64,000 nt of DNA from a virus. Lineage: Duplodnaviria > Caudoviricetes. The notes under the pieces were generated by a model, which was not told the DNA's origin, made no database searches, and saw only the letters and a list, made by a program, of their open reading frames with translations. Numbering within the stretch: position 1 is the stretch's first letter; every line of letters starts with the position of its first letter. Made by a program: the position numbers and the translations under genes. Below, in pieces: positions 27,701-36,070 of the stretch. The stretch is taken from the IMG/VR virus record IMGVR_UViG_3300025789_000018, one strand, 5' to 3'.

Positions 27701-27752
27701 AATAAAATAAAAAGCAGAAGCGTCAACGGTGGTGCAGGCACCTACGCTTCTG
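27701..27752 (-). terminator. Probable intrinsic terminator or attenuator between gp45 and gp44
   Basis: 9-bp stem CAGAAGCGT/ACGCTTCTG with inner hairpin, followed by CTTTTTATTTT on the minus strand. Confidence 0.5.
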
Positions 27753-27778
27753 AGTCTTCCTGCACTACATCAGATAGA

Positions 27779-28435
27779 TTAAGCCTTGCGAATTTCCGTC
27801 GCAATCCAATACTGACGAGCATCATTATCAAAAAATGCCAGTCCCTTAGAAGAAACCGTAACGGCATAGTCAAGAGGCTGAACCTTCAGATTGTCAGCCT
27901 TAAACACAACACGAAACTCAGAGTCAGTTTCCCCAAGATCGATCTTAAAGGTATCGCTGCCGCCCCGCTTGGCCACATCTTCTGCGCTAACAGTAACTCG
28001 ACCATCTTCTCCCATGATTACAATTTCAGGAACCTGAAGAATAGAAGCAGCACGATGAATCTTAGTAATTGCTTCAGACGAGAGACGGAAGGCAGAATCC
28101 TGCGAAGGAAGCACAAGATCTTTCTTAGGAGGAACTACAATAGTGTCCTCTGCAGCATAGAAAATTGTAGTAACGTTCTTGTTCTTGTCCTTAATGATAA
28201 CTCGATCATTCTTGAAATCGCAATCAGGCTCATCCATGATGCTAAGTGCACCAAGGAATTTCGAAAGATTGGCAAGAGCCAGATTGTTGGGGAAATTATC
28301 CTCAACACTAGTCTTGGCTACGATAGTCTTTGACGTCGAAACAGTCTTGATAACATTACCCGCCTGAATAGCAATAGACGGGTTAATGCTAGAAAACTCC
28401 TTAAGAACACTTACAGTTGCATCACTTAGTTTCAT
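27779..28435 (-). CDS. gp45: Sliding clamp (T4 gp45-like)
   Basis: MKLSDATVSVLKEFSSINPSI...LSKFLGAL...; synteny 45-44-62-regA. Confidence 0.95.
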   Translation of the reverse strand: MKLSDATVSVLKEFSSINPSIAIQAGNVIKTVSTSKTIVAKTSVEDNFPNNLALANLSKFLGALSIMDEPDCDFKNDRVIIKDKNKNVTTIFYAAEDTIVVPPKKDLVLPSQDSAFRLSSEAITKIHRAASILQVPEIVIMGEDGRVTVSAEDVAKRGGSDTFKIDLGETDSEFRVVFKADNLKVQPLDYAVTVSSKGLAFFDNDARQYWIATEIRKA

Positions 28436-28462
28436 ATTTCACTCCTTCATTATTAAAGTATT

Positions 28463-28492
28463 ATTATATAACATATTGACTGCGAAGTCAAT
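28463..28492 (-). promoter_or_regulatory. Sigma70-type promoter of gp45 operon with palindromic -35 region
   Basis: TTGACT(28486-91)-N17-TATAAT(28463-68); perfect 7-bp inverted repeat ATTGACT-gcga-AGTCAAT at 28475-28492. Confidence 0.8.
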
Positions 28493-29454
28493 TACTTTTT
28501 GCTTCCCAGCTTGGTGGGATCAACAGTAGCGGCTGCGCCTACCTGAGCAAGATCGTTTAACGAACCAGCAAAGATATACGAACCAACGTGCTGCAGAGCA
28601 ATCCAAGGAGCAAGCCAAACCTTCAGACCAGCTTCACGAGCCCACTGACAGAACATATAATCTTCTGACAGATAACGGTTCGAGTATTCATGACCAAAAG
28701 CCGAATGCTTGGTGTCAGCAATAAAGTCCATAACTTCCTGTGGAGTAGCCTTTGGATTCTTCTTGAAGAACTCAGCAATTTCCTTGTTGATTCGAGCAGT
28801 CTTGTTGTCGATAAGAGCATCAAACATGCACATAATCTCACGCGAACCGTCGAATGCAGCAGTACGAACGTGGTCTGGTCTGTACATAAGTTCAGCGTAA
28901 GTAGCCGACATCTTATCCAGCGCCGAACGCTTGATCATCATAAAGCCAGTACCAGCTTCAAGAACTTCTGCAGGCTCAGAGATACGGATTTCATTAGCAC
29001 CATTAGCAGGATTAAACACATAGTCACCGACGAACTTTTCAAGAACGTTAGGGTCTTCATCTGCAATACCCTTGTCTACTGCAGTCTTGATCTTTTCCCA
29101 AGCAATGCACTTCTTAGGATAAGGGGCGCAAAGAATGTCATATGGTGAATCATCACCCTGAAGAGCAAGCATAGCAAATACATCCTGAGCATTGAAACCA
29201 ATGTCAGAGTCAATGAATAGCATGTGAGTGCAGTCCGAACGAAGAAATTCGTCTACGCAATAGTTACGAGCGCGAGTAATCAGCGACTCGTTGAAAAGAT
29301 AATAGAATCGTACTTCGATTCCATAGTGAACAGCCATCGCCGATAGGTCATTCGATGAACGAGCAAACATACCTGCGCACATACCACCATACATGGGGGT
29401 AGCAACAAATAGCTTACGCTTACGCATTTCTTCAATAGGAACATTAATATCCAT
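28492..29454 (-). CDS. GT-A fold glycosyltransferase-like protein
   Basis: LFVATPMYGG, ESLITRARN, HMLFIDSDIGF (DxD), GTGFMMIKR, SEDYMFC, HVGSY. Confidence 0.8.
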   Translation of the reverse strand: MDINVPIEEMRKRKLFVATPMYGGMCAGMFARSSNDLSAMAVHYGIEVRFYYLFNESLITRARNYCVDEFLRSDCTHMLFIDSDIGFNAQDVFAMLALQGDDSPYDILCAPYPKKCIAWEKIKTAVDKGIADEDPNVLEKFVGDYVFNPANGANEIRISEPAEVLEAGTGFMMIKRSALDKMSATYAELMYRPDHVRTAAFDGSREIMCMFDALIDNKTARINKEIAEFFKKNPKATPQEVMDFIADTKHSAFGHEYSNRYLSEDYMFCQWAREAGLKVWLAPWIALQHVGSYIFAGSLNDLAQVGAAATVDPTKLGSKK

Positions 29455-29457
29455 AAT

Positions 29458-30093
29458 TTACTTTACCTTTACGTCGAGAGACATATTCATTGCAGCGCCG
29501 ACGGTAGCATATGCAATAGTGTTTGATGAGAGATCAGCAGTCATAGTTGCTGTTGCCCACTTGTTGTTAAAATCAACATTGCGCATCTTAGTCGAAGCAA
29601 GACCTGATGCACTGGTATAAGTTGTGACATCGAAGTTAGCGCCAAGGAAGATAACTTCCCAGTTCTTTTCCTGAAGAACCTTGACCTTATTCTTAATCTT
29701 AGCCTGAGTGTATTCCTGCGACTGGTTTTCTTCACCGTCAGTTAGAATGACAACAACAGTACGCTTTGCATTGCGTTCTAGAGCGCGATCCATTACATGA
29801 GCAGCAGCATCATAAAGAGGAGTGCCGCCAGAAGGTTGCAGAACATCATAACGAAGTGGTTCAAAGTAAGCAATACTTTGACTTTCCGTAATAGTTTCAA
29901 GTCTAGTTGTAGAACCCTGAAGAATATAGGCGGAATCAAATGCAACAATAGTTACTTCGCCTTCAATCTTTTCCTTCTGAAGTCCCTTGATGTAATCATT
30001 TAGTGAGGTGATAGCAGTAGTCCAGCGTTCACCATTCATAGAACCTGAGCGGTCCAGAGCAACAAACACGGCAAAATCATTTTTGCTTGTCAT
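29458..30093 (-). CDS. von Willebrand factor A (vWA) domain protein
   Basis: MIDAS LDRSGSM, GGTPLYDA, ILTDGEEN, IFLGAN. Confidence 0.9.
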   Translation of the reverse strand: MTSKNDFAVFVALDRSGSMNGERWTTAITSLNDYIKGLQKEKIEGEVTIVAFDSAYILQGSTTRLETITESQSIAYFEPLRYDVLQPSGGTPLYDAAAHVMDRALERNAKRTVVVILTDGEENQSQEYTQAKIKNKVKVLQEKNWEVIFLGANFDVTTYTSASGLASTKMRNVDFNNKWATATMTADLSSNTIAYATVGAAMNMSLDVKVK

Positions 30094-30094
30094 A

Positions 30095-30469
30095 TTATAC
30101 TTCCTTCTTGTTTTCTAGATCATGTACATGTAATGCGATGATGGCATAATGAATAACCTTCATCAAATCTTTGCGCCAATCTTCTACTCCACCTTTCTGG
30201 CCATAGCGACCAGAATACTTGTCGACGTTACCTAAGCAAAAGCCTAGACCCCGACCTCGGTCTATAGCGATTTCAGTTGATTGGATATTGCCTTGGGCAT
30301 AGTGTTCGCCATATGTCTTATCAATGTAAGTGGCGATTTCTTGAAGGTATTTACCTTCGTTGTACTTATAGTTGATTTTTGGGTAGTTTTGTGTGTGCAC
30401 AGTCTTTACATAGAATTTTGCACTTGGTTCAATTATAGTTTCTTGTATGTCTTGTATGCGTGGTGTCAT
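30095..30469 (-). CDS. DUF3310-like protein
   Basis: YIDKTYGEHY...GFCLGNVDKYSGRYGQKG...KDLMKVIHYA. Confidence 0.75.
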   Translation of the reverse strand: MTPRIQDIQETIIEPSAKFYVKTVHTQNYPKINYKYNEGKYLQEIATYIDKTYGEHYAQGNIQSTEIAIDRGRGLGFCLGNVDKYSGRYGQKGGVEDWRKDLMKVIHYAIIALHVHDLENKKEV

Positions 30470-30478
30470 ATTGTAACC

Positions 30479-31027
30479 TCAATTATTAGCATCATGTATA
30501 ACAGTATTTATATAACTCACAATGGTATTTTGCTCATCATACGTATTATTTTCTAGGTGTTCTATGATAAACAGCAGATTAAGATTACTCAAAATATTAG
30601 CAACCTTAGTTTCTCTACCTCGCAACCAGGTTTCATCTTGGTTGCTGCCTCGACTTTCATATCTCAATTCTCTTTCTTTCTTTTGAGTAGAAAGATAAAT
30701 TATAGAAAGATCGAAGTTATCGTTACAATGCTCTAAGAAAGAGTTGTTGAATAGCCTATCGCCTTCAAACAAAACAATAGAATTGTCAGGAATAGAAGAT
30801 AGAAATTTTATAGCTTCTGGCTGAACCGCCATACTCATTCTATCAGTTCCAGCAAACACCTGATCATCTTCATATTTACCTAGAACATATAGATTATCTT
30901 TCTGATGGTAAGGAACCAATTTGAAATCATCTTTGAACTCATCAATTTTATATTGATCAATTATCTTTCTCATAAGAGTAGATTTGCCAGCTCCAGGCTC
31001 TCCACCAATTGCAATAATCTTAACCAT
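30479..31027 (-). CDS. P-loop kinase (type associated with DNA-hypermodification clusters)
   Basis: Walker A GGEPGAGKST, FAGTDRMS, Walker B LFEGDRL, lid R..RGS.Q. Confidence 0.8.
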   Translation of the reverse strand: MVKIIAIGGEPGAGKSTLMRKIIDQYKIDEFKDDFKLVPYHQKDNLYVLGKYEDDQVFAGTDRMSMAVQPEAIKFLSSIPDNSIVLFEGDRLFNNSFLEHCNDNFDLSIIYLSTQKKERELRYESRGSNQDETWLRGRETKVANILSNLNLLFIIEHLENNTYDEQNTIVSYINTVIHDANN

Positions 31028-32024
31028 AGAACATCTCCAATCCTTGTTTTACTTCTCCTTCATCAGAGAACATCCAATTCAGCTTTTCTATTTTACCTGT
31101 ATTAAGAAAAGAAGTAAACTTATTTTTATCAATCTTATTAGTAAGCAGTCTGTTATCTAGGGACTCTTGGCGAGCTTGCCAAAGAACATTCCACTCAATA
31201 CCAGGCCAGTTATCTTCTTCTAGTTGAAATATTTCTTCAGCTTGCCTATCCAAATAATATCCCAAATACCTGCCATGTTTTTCTCTAAAGATTTTCTTAA
31301 AAGAACAAAGGCAAGTTTCCATAGTATAGTAGTTAGCTTCTGATGCTAGATGCGGAAATCTAGTTTTGATTTCAACAAGAATATCTTTTGCTTCTGCTTC
31401 TAAATATGAATATTCTTTTTGTGTCAACTTAGTATCAATCCAATCTGATCGATCAAGCGCCAGCAAAAAGCCATTACGGTGAGAACGACTGCCAGAATAG
31501 TCAGAAAGCATAAGGCTGGTTGGTTCAAGAATAAGACCTGCAGTGCTATGTAAAGACTGCATGTAAAACCAAGTAGTGTATCTTCCAAACTTATGAAACT
31601 CTTTGTTTACAACATTCCAAACATTGTCAAAATTCTGAGATTCATTATCCCCATAATAATTCTCTAGAACTTCTTTTTGAGAAGAGTTTCCTACAAACTT
31701 TTGATAGGACTCAAACATAGAAGGCAAATGCCCCTTGTTGTATTTGGTATCAGTTTGATAACGGAGTCTTTTATAATTTGCAGTGTTCCATTGACTGATT
31801 CTGTCTACAGTTGCAAGCTCGTAGTCGGGAAATTCATTCTTAAGGACCCACGAAGTAGGAAGATAATATGTGTTGGCATATAGCCAGCAAAGCCATACTC
31901 TCTCTTCGCTATTATGCTCATACCTGTTATTAAGATAATTCATCATCCAAATGGCAGGATCGCAATCTTTATACTCTAAAGACCACGCATACCATCGGAT
32001 AAATCTTTCTTTATTATCAAGCAT
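31020..32024 (-). CDS. Amino acid:DNA transferase-like protein (aGPT-Pplase2/AADT, HhH-glycosylase-like fold)
   Basis: KFGRYTTWFYMQ hairpin motif, GSRSHRNG, METCLCSFKK, GRYLGYY; coupled to the P-loop kinase. Confidence 0.72.
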   Translation of the reverse strand: MLDNKERFIRWYAWSLEYKDCDPAIWMMNYLNNRYEHNSEERVWLCWLYANTYYLPTSWVLKNEFPDYELATVDRISQWNTANYKRLRYQTDTKYNKGHLPSMFESYQKFVGNSSQKEVLENYYGDNESQNFDNVWNVVNKEFHKFGRYTTWFYMQSLHSTAGLILEPTSLMLSDYSGSRSHRNGFLLALDRSDWIDTKLTQKEYSYLEAEAKDILVEIKTRFPHLASEANYYTMETCLCSFKKIFREKHGRYLGYYLDRQAEEIFQLEEDNWPGIEWNVLWQARQESLDNRLLTNKIDKNKFTSFLNTGKIEKLNWMFSDEGEVKQGLEMFYG

Positions 32025-32571
32025 TCATGTAGTCTGCAAAAAGGTCATTTTTGATTGCTTCCTGCGCATAGATAATCAGATTTTTGCGTTCTTCATTGGA
32101 GAGCTTATCAACCAAAATAGTAGCATTGACATATTCTCCATCCTTACCGCCCGACGCTTCTTTCCACTTGAACTTGTACCCAAAATGCTTTTGCATTTCG
32201 TTATGAAATAGATTTTCCATGAAAGTGGTATTTTCCTCGCTGCAATAAAGAACACGAACAAAACAACTATCGGGATTTAGATTTTGGCGAATATAAGTGC
32301 CTGCGCCATGAGAATTTGAGTTAGTTTTTGAATTTGCAGTCTGGCGAATCTTATATGTTCTATCATGAATATTAGAACTCTTGCCAATATATCCAATATG
32401 AGGGCTTACAAGATCATCGCCGATAAGCTCAATATCTTCACCATCAGCCACCTGATAAATCCCAGTAGAACCGTACTGAGAATCTAGACTGCGCTGAACG
32501 TTGTTGGAAGAAGGCAATTCAGAAATTTTTCTCCACTCAGAAATATGCGTAATTTTACTCTTATCAATCAT
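32017..32571 (-). CDS. GIY-YIG-like nuclease
   Basis: GIYQV...GYIGKS...DR...HG...FMENLF; no NUMOD3 tail. Confidence 0.6.
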   Translation of the reverse strand: MIDKSKITHISEWRKISELPSSNNVQRSLDSQYGSTGIYQVADGEDIELIGDDLVSPHIGYIGKSSNIHDRTYKIRQTANSKTNSNSHGAGTYIRQNLNPDSCFVRVLYCSEENTTFMENLFHNEMQKHFGYKFKWKEASGGKDGEYVNATILVDKLSNEERKNLIIYAQEAIKNDLFADYMNA

Positions 32572-32607
32572 TTAATAATTCTCCATAATGTAGGTAGTAG
32601 TAACAGC

Positions 32608-32636
32608 AGCTTATATCATTTTTCACTGCAAGTCAA
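32608..32636 (-). promoter_or_regulatory. Possible internal sigma70 promoter upstream of GIY-YIG/AADT/kinase genes
   Basis: TTGACT(32631-36)-N17-TAAGCT(32608-13). Confidence 0.5.
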
Positions 32637-33135
32637 TAGCTGATACAACGCCGCCCTTTCTTCCACTATTTACTGCAGAAGAGATGACATCATCATAATC
32701 ATAGATACCATCAGTGTATCGGTCTCCCCCTATTTTAAAAATACTTAAAGAAGAGCCAGACTTCTGTTTTCCCCAAAACTTGAATCCACACTTTTTGTAG
32801 AATGGAACAGCATCAGGTTCAGCAGAAACTCTAAAATATACAGCATCCATTTTCATAGCTTTCAGTAAAGCGTAATCAGTTAGCACTCTACCCACACCCT
32901 TTCCTCTGTGAGAATGGAATGTGTGAAGTAATTGAAGATTTGCCACCTTTGGATCACGTTTGCTGACTGTAACAATTATTGCTCCAAGCAACTCGTCGCC
33001 ATCCCATGCTCCGGTGCAATGTGCCCACTGATCTTGCATGTTGGCTTTAGCTAAGAATGTCTTAGCAAACGAATCTTCTTTTTTGTTAGTGATGGCTGCG
33101 GTAAATTGTTCTTTGCTACAATTAAGTAACTTCAT
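32623..33135 (-). CDS. GNAT acetyltransferase
   Basis: LQLLHTFHSHRGKGVGRVL motif A, AVPFYKKCGF motif B; start reassigned to ATG 33135 (MKLLNC), overlapping the amidoligase stop. Confidence 0.85.
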   Translation of the reverse strand: MKLLNCSKEQFTAAITNKKEDSFAKTFLAKANMQDQWAHCTGAWDGDELLGAIIVTVSKRDPKVANLQLLHTFHSHRGKGVGRVLTDYALLKAMKMDAVYFRVSAEPDAVPFYKKCGFKFWGKQKSGSSLSIFKIGGDRYTDGIYDYDDVISSAVNSGRKGGVVSAIDLQ

Positions 33136-33994
33136 GGAACTCGCGCTTTTTTTCTCCACGCTCTTTATCATATTTGGTATCAACCCATCCTGAATATTCA
33201 TTAGCGTTCCAAATAAATGGAGGAAACTTCAGTTCATATTTATCAAGAATATCTTCCACACTATCACCACCATTCAGAGCAGCATCAATGAAAGCCTCAG
33301 CAAATATGAACTGAGATTCAAGTTCTTCTCTTTTAGTAGTTGATCGGAAACAGCGGAACTCAATAGTTCCTGTGTGCTTCATGCAATATGTGTTGATTGC
33401 ATATCGGAAAGGCCGACCCATAGAAATACCATCTTTACCTGCAGCATGCAATTTGATAAAATGGTTAAAGTCTGTGGCCATGTTAATGATGTTGTCACAC
33501 ATATATTCAGGCATAACACGACCGCCATCATATTTTAGATATGTTTTGGCATTCTTGAATCCCTTCATATCTACACGATCTTCAAACTGATAACAAGCAG
33601 CAATGGTAGCTTCTTGATTCTTCTTGATATAAGAAACCAGTCTCTTTAGTGCATCAAGATCATCTTTAAGGCCAGGAACAAATACATGAAGATGGCCATG
33701 ATTAACACAAGAAGATGATGGAGTATTACCGTGATCTTCAAATATCTTTTTAATTTCTAGAATACGATCAACCTGTTCTTGCCAAGTTTTAGTAGGCTTG
33801 GTGTTTATTTCTCCACCCATAGGAGGTTCTAGACCTAGCGGATCACACGCAATATACTTGTAATCGCCGTGGATATTCACAATATCAGTTTCAGCGTATT
33901 CCCACTTTCCTAAGTTTTCTGGAATACTAATAGAGCGATCAATATCACCCCATTCAATTTCATATCCCCAAGTATAGTCTTTAGTGTTATACAT
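33122..33994 (-). CDS. Amidoligase (COOH-NH2 ligase, glutamine-synthetase-like fold)
   Basis: WGYEIEW, GGEINTKP, NHGHLHV, RYAIN, GTIEFRCF; start at ATG 33994. Confidence 0.82.
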   Translation of the reverse strand: MYNTKDYTWGYEIEWGDIDRSISIPENLGKWEYAETDIVNIHGDYKYIACDPLGLEPPMGGEINTKPTKTWQEQVDRILEIKKIFEDHGNTPSSSCVNHGHLHVFVPGLKDDLDALKRLVSYIKKNQEATIAACYQFEDRVDMKGFKNAKTYLKYDGGRVMPEYMCDNIINMATDFNHFIKLHAAGKDGISMGRPFRYAINTYCMKHTGTIEFRCFRSTTKREELESQFIFAEAFIDAALNGGDSVEDILDKYELKFPPFIWNANEYSGWVDTKYDKERGEKKREFHEVT

Positions 33995-34679
33995 GTTGTA
34001 AATCTTTCTTTCGTACAATATCAACTTCGTGTCGTTCTATCAAAAAACTAACATCGTTCATAAAGTATGTAACATAAGGTTTTGCTTCAGCAATTCCAGA
34101 AACTCCGGCACGATGTAAAATGTCTTTAGTCGATGCAAAAACAACACTCTTAGGCTTATATGAATAATACAAAGGACGCTTACCGTTTCTAAAAAAAGAT
34201 ACTTGTTTATTATACAAAGACAATACAGCACCAGAAATAGAAGCATCTTCCCAAATAAAAGGACTTTTACCTTCAGCCAAACTTTTTAGTAAGAGTTCAG
34301 AATCATTTTTAGTATTACACTTATATCCATAAAGCTCTTCCCATCGCTCAGGAAGTTCTTGAGATATGACACCATTATGGACTAACGAAATCTGAGAAGT
34401 TTCTAGAGGCTGATTATACAACAAGTCAGAAGTGGAATATCTGCAATGTCCAACAAAGCATATATTTCCATCTTCATTTACTAGTTGCTCAAACTCATAA
34501 GTTTCAGCAAATTCATCAGCAGGAAGAGCAGTTCGCTCTGTCCAAATTTGTCCATCTTTGATATATGAAAGACCTGTAGCGTGTTTACCTCTGATCCGAG
34601 ATTCAATAAAAATATTTCTGATAGTAGTAAAATCGGCTTCAGTTGGATCAGAAATATAAGCGCCGATAATACCACACAT
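33987..34679 (-). CDS. Class II (Ntn) glutamine amidotransferase, stand-alone
   Basis: N-terminal MCGIIG, RGKHATG, GHCRYST, NQP, VHNGVI, NDSE, RNGKRPL. Confidence 0.9.
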   Translation of the reverse strand: MCGIIGAYISDPTEADFTTIRNIFIESRIRGKHATGLSYIKDGQIWTERTALPADEFAETYEFEQLVNEDGNICFVGHCRYSTSDLLYNQPLETSQISLVHNGVISQELPERWEELYGYKCNTKNDSELLLKSLAEGKSPFIWEDASISGAVLSLYNKQVSFFRNGKRPLYYSYKPKSVVFASTKDILHRAGVSGIAEAKPYVTYFMNDVSFLIERHEVDIVRKKDLQHV

Positions 34680-36016
34680 TAAAAGAAACTTTCTAGAGAA
34701 CCTGCTGTACTCTTGTCATAAGGATCAGTCATACCGTGCGCAGCAAGGTAGTCAAACCATTCTTGCTCGTCCCACATACCAGGACTCACACCATTCCAAA
34801 GTTTACGCTGAAGGGGATGGTCTTTATTAAGTCTGCGGGAATCAACAAACTTCTTACGAAGCTGTTCATATTCCCAACTTCCAGGTTCAAGCATATCTTC
34901 ACGGAAGTATGCAACAATAGTCATACGATCAGGATTCTCGCCCCGAATTTCTGCATTACCATGGATAGCAGTATGGTTTGCCACAAGGAGAAGATCACCA
35001 GGCTCTAGTTTTACTGCTGCACGATATTCAGGGAGGATAAGTTCCGCGCCTTCCCAACCAGCACCAAGACCGGATAGGTTCGAGAATCCTGACGCAAGAT
35101 CGCCCGCATCGAGGTGCGCGGCGGTGCGGAAATTGTGATTCACTGTAAGAGTAGTGAATACAGTATCAGAAATCAAAAAGTTAGGATCAAGTTTATCTGC
35201 AGCTGCTCTTTGGTTGCCCCAACGCTGCGGAAGAAGTTGGCTGAAACAATGATTCAGCTTCTTCAAATACGGAAAGCTCTTTTCGAAATCCTGCGGATTC
35301 TTTTCAGTAAAAGCAGTTGCTCGCTTATAAGGAATTCTAGGATACCGAGAATAATATCCAGCAACGCCAGACATAACAGTTTGTGCGTAGTTAGTTTCCG
35401 AAATATAATTGTCAAGAATATACTTGGCTTCCGCTCGGCGAGTGTCTTCATGTTTATTGCTTAGACCCTCAACCCAACGATCAAACCATCCAAAATAAGG
35501 ATCATGATCTTTACAGACTTCACTGCGCAACCACACGCAACCACGAGTCTGATCAGGCTCTTTCTTTTGATGTTTAATCTTGATAGATTCTAGACTTTCA
35601 TCATCAAACACAGAAACGTTAGTTCTGGTGAGATATTCAAGAACATCAATCTGATAATTAGAAACCCACTCACGACCACCTCGACCAGAAGCAGAAAGCA
35701 TTTCACCGCGAGGGCCAGCAGCCATACCGCGATTCTGCGATTCAGAGGCAGCACCAATCAGACCTTCATAACAAAGGTAAAGTTCTTCTTGAGTAAAAAC
35801 GTTCTTACGAAATTTCAGGATAATATTATCTTCAGTCATGCTTCCATCAAGAGAAGGACCATAAACGTCAGTATCTTCTGTCAATAAGACATCATAATGG
35901 CTCTCATCAACAAAGCTGCCGATAAGATGATCGCTAGGAATCTTTTGATCAATATAAATTGTTTTTACTGACAAAGAAGTGCAAGGACGGTCGCAGTCTT
36001 TCACGCAGTCTTTCAT
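34679..36016 (-). CDS. TET/JBP-family 2OG-Fe(II) dioxygenase (5-methylpyrimidine oxygenase)
   Basis: SGVAGYYSRYPRIPYKRATAF, TVFTTLTVNHNFRTAAHLDAGD (HxD), AIHGN (distal H), RMTIVAYFRE (2OG-binding R); start at ATG 36016 behind GGAG. Confidence 0.88.
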   Translation of the reverse strand: MKDCVKDCDRPCTSLSVKTIYIDQKIPSDHLIGSFVDESHYDVLLTEDTDVYGPSLDGSMTEDNIILKFRKNVFTQEELYLCYEGLIGAASESQNRGMAAGPRGEMLSASGRGGREWVSNYQIDVLEYLTRTNVSVFDDESLESIKIKHQKKEPDQTRGCVWLRSEVCKDHDPYFGWFDRWVEGLSNKHEDTRRAEAKYILDNYISETNYAQTVMSGVAGYYSRYPRIPYKRATAFTEKNPQDFEKSFPYLKKLNHCFSQLLPQRWGNQRAAADKLDPNFLISDTVFTTLTVNHNFRTAAHLDAGDLASGFSNLSGLGAGWEGAELILPEYRAAVKLEPGDLLLVANHTAIHGNAEIRGENPDRMTIVAYFREDMLEPGSWEYEQLRKKFVDSRRLNKDHPLQRKLWNGVSPGMWDEQEWFDYLAAHGMTDPYDKSTAGSLESFF

Positions 36017-36041
36017 AATAATCTCCAAATAACGAGCAACA

Positions 36042-36070
36042 AGTATACTATAAAGTTACAAACTTGTCAA
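36042..36070 (-). promoter_or_regulatory. Strong sigma70-type promoter heading the DNA-modification operon
   Basis: TTGACA(36065-70)-N17-TATACT(36042-47). Confidence 0.8.
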
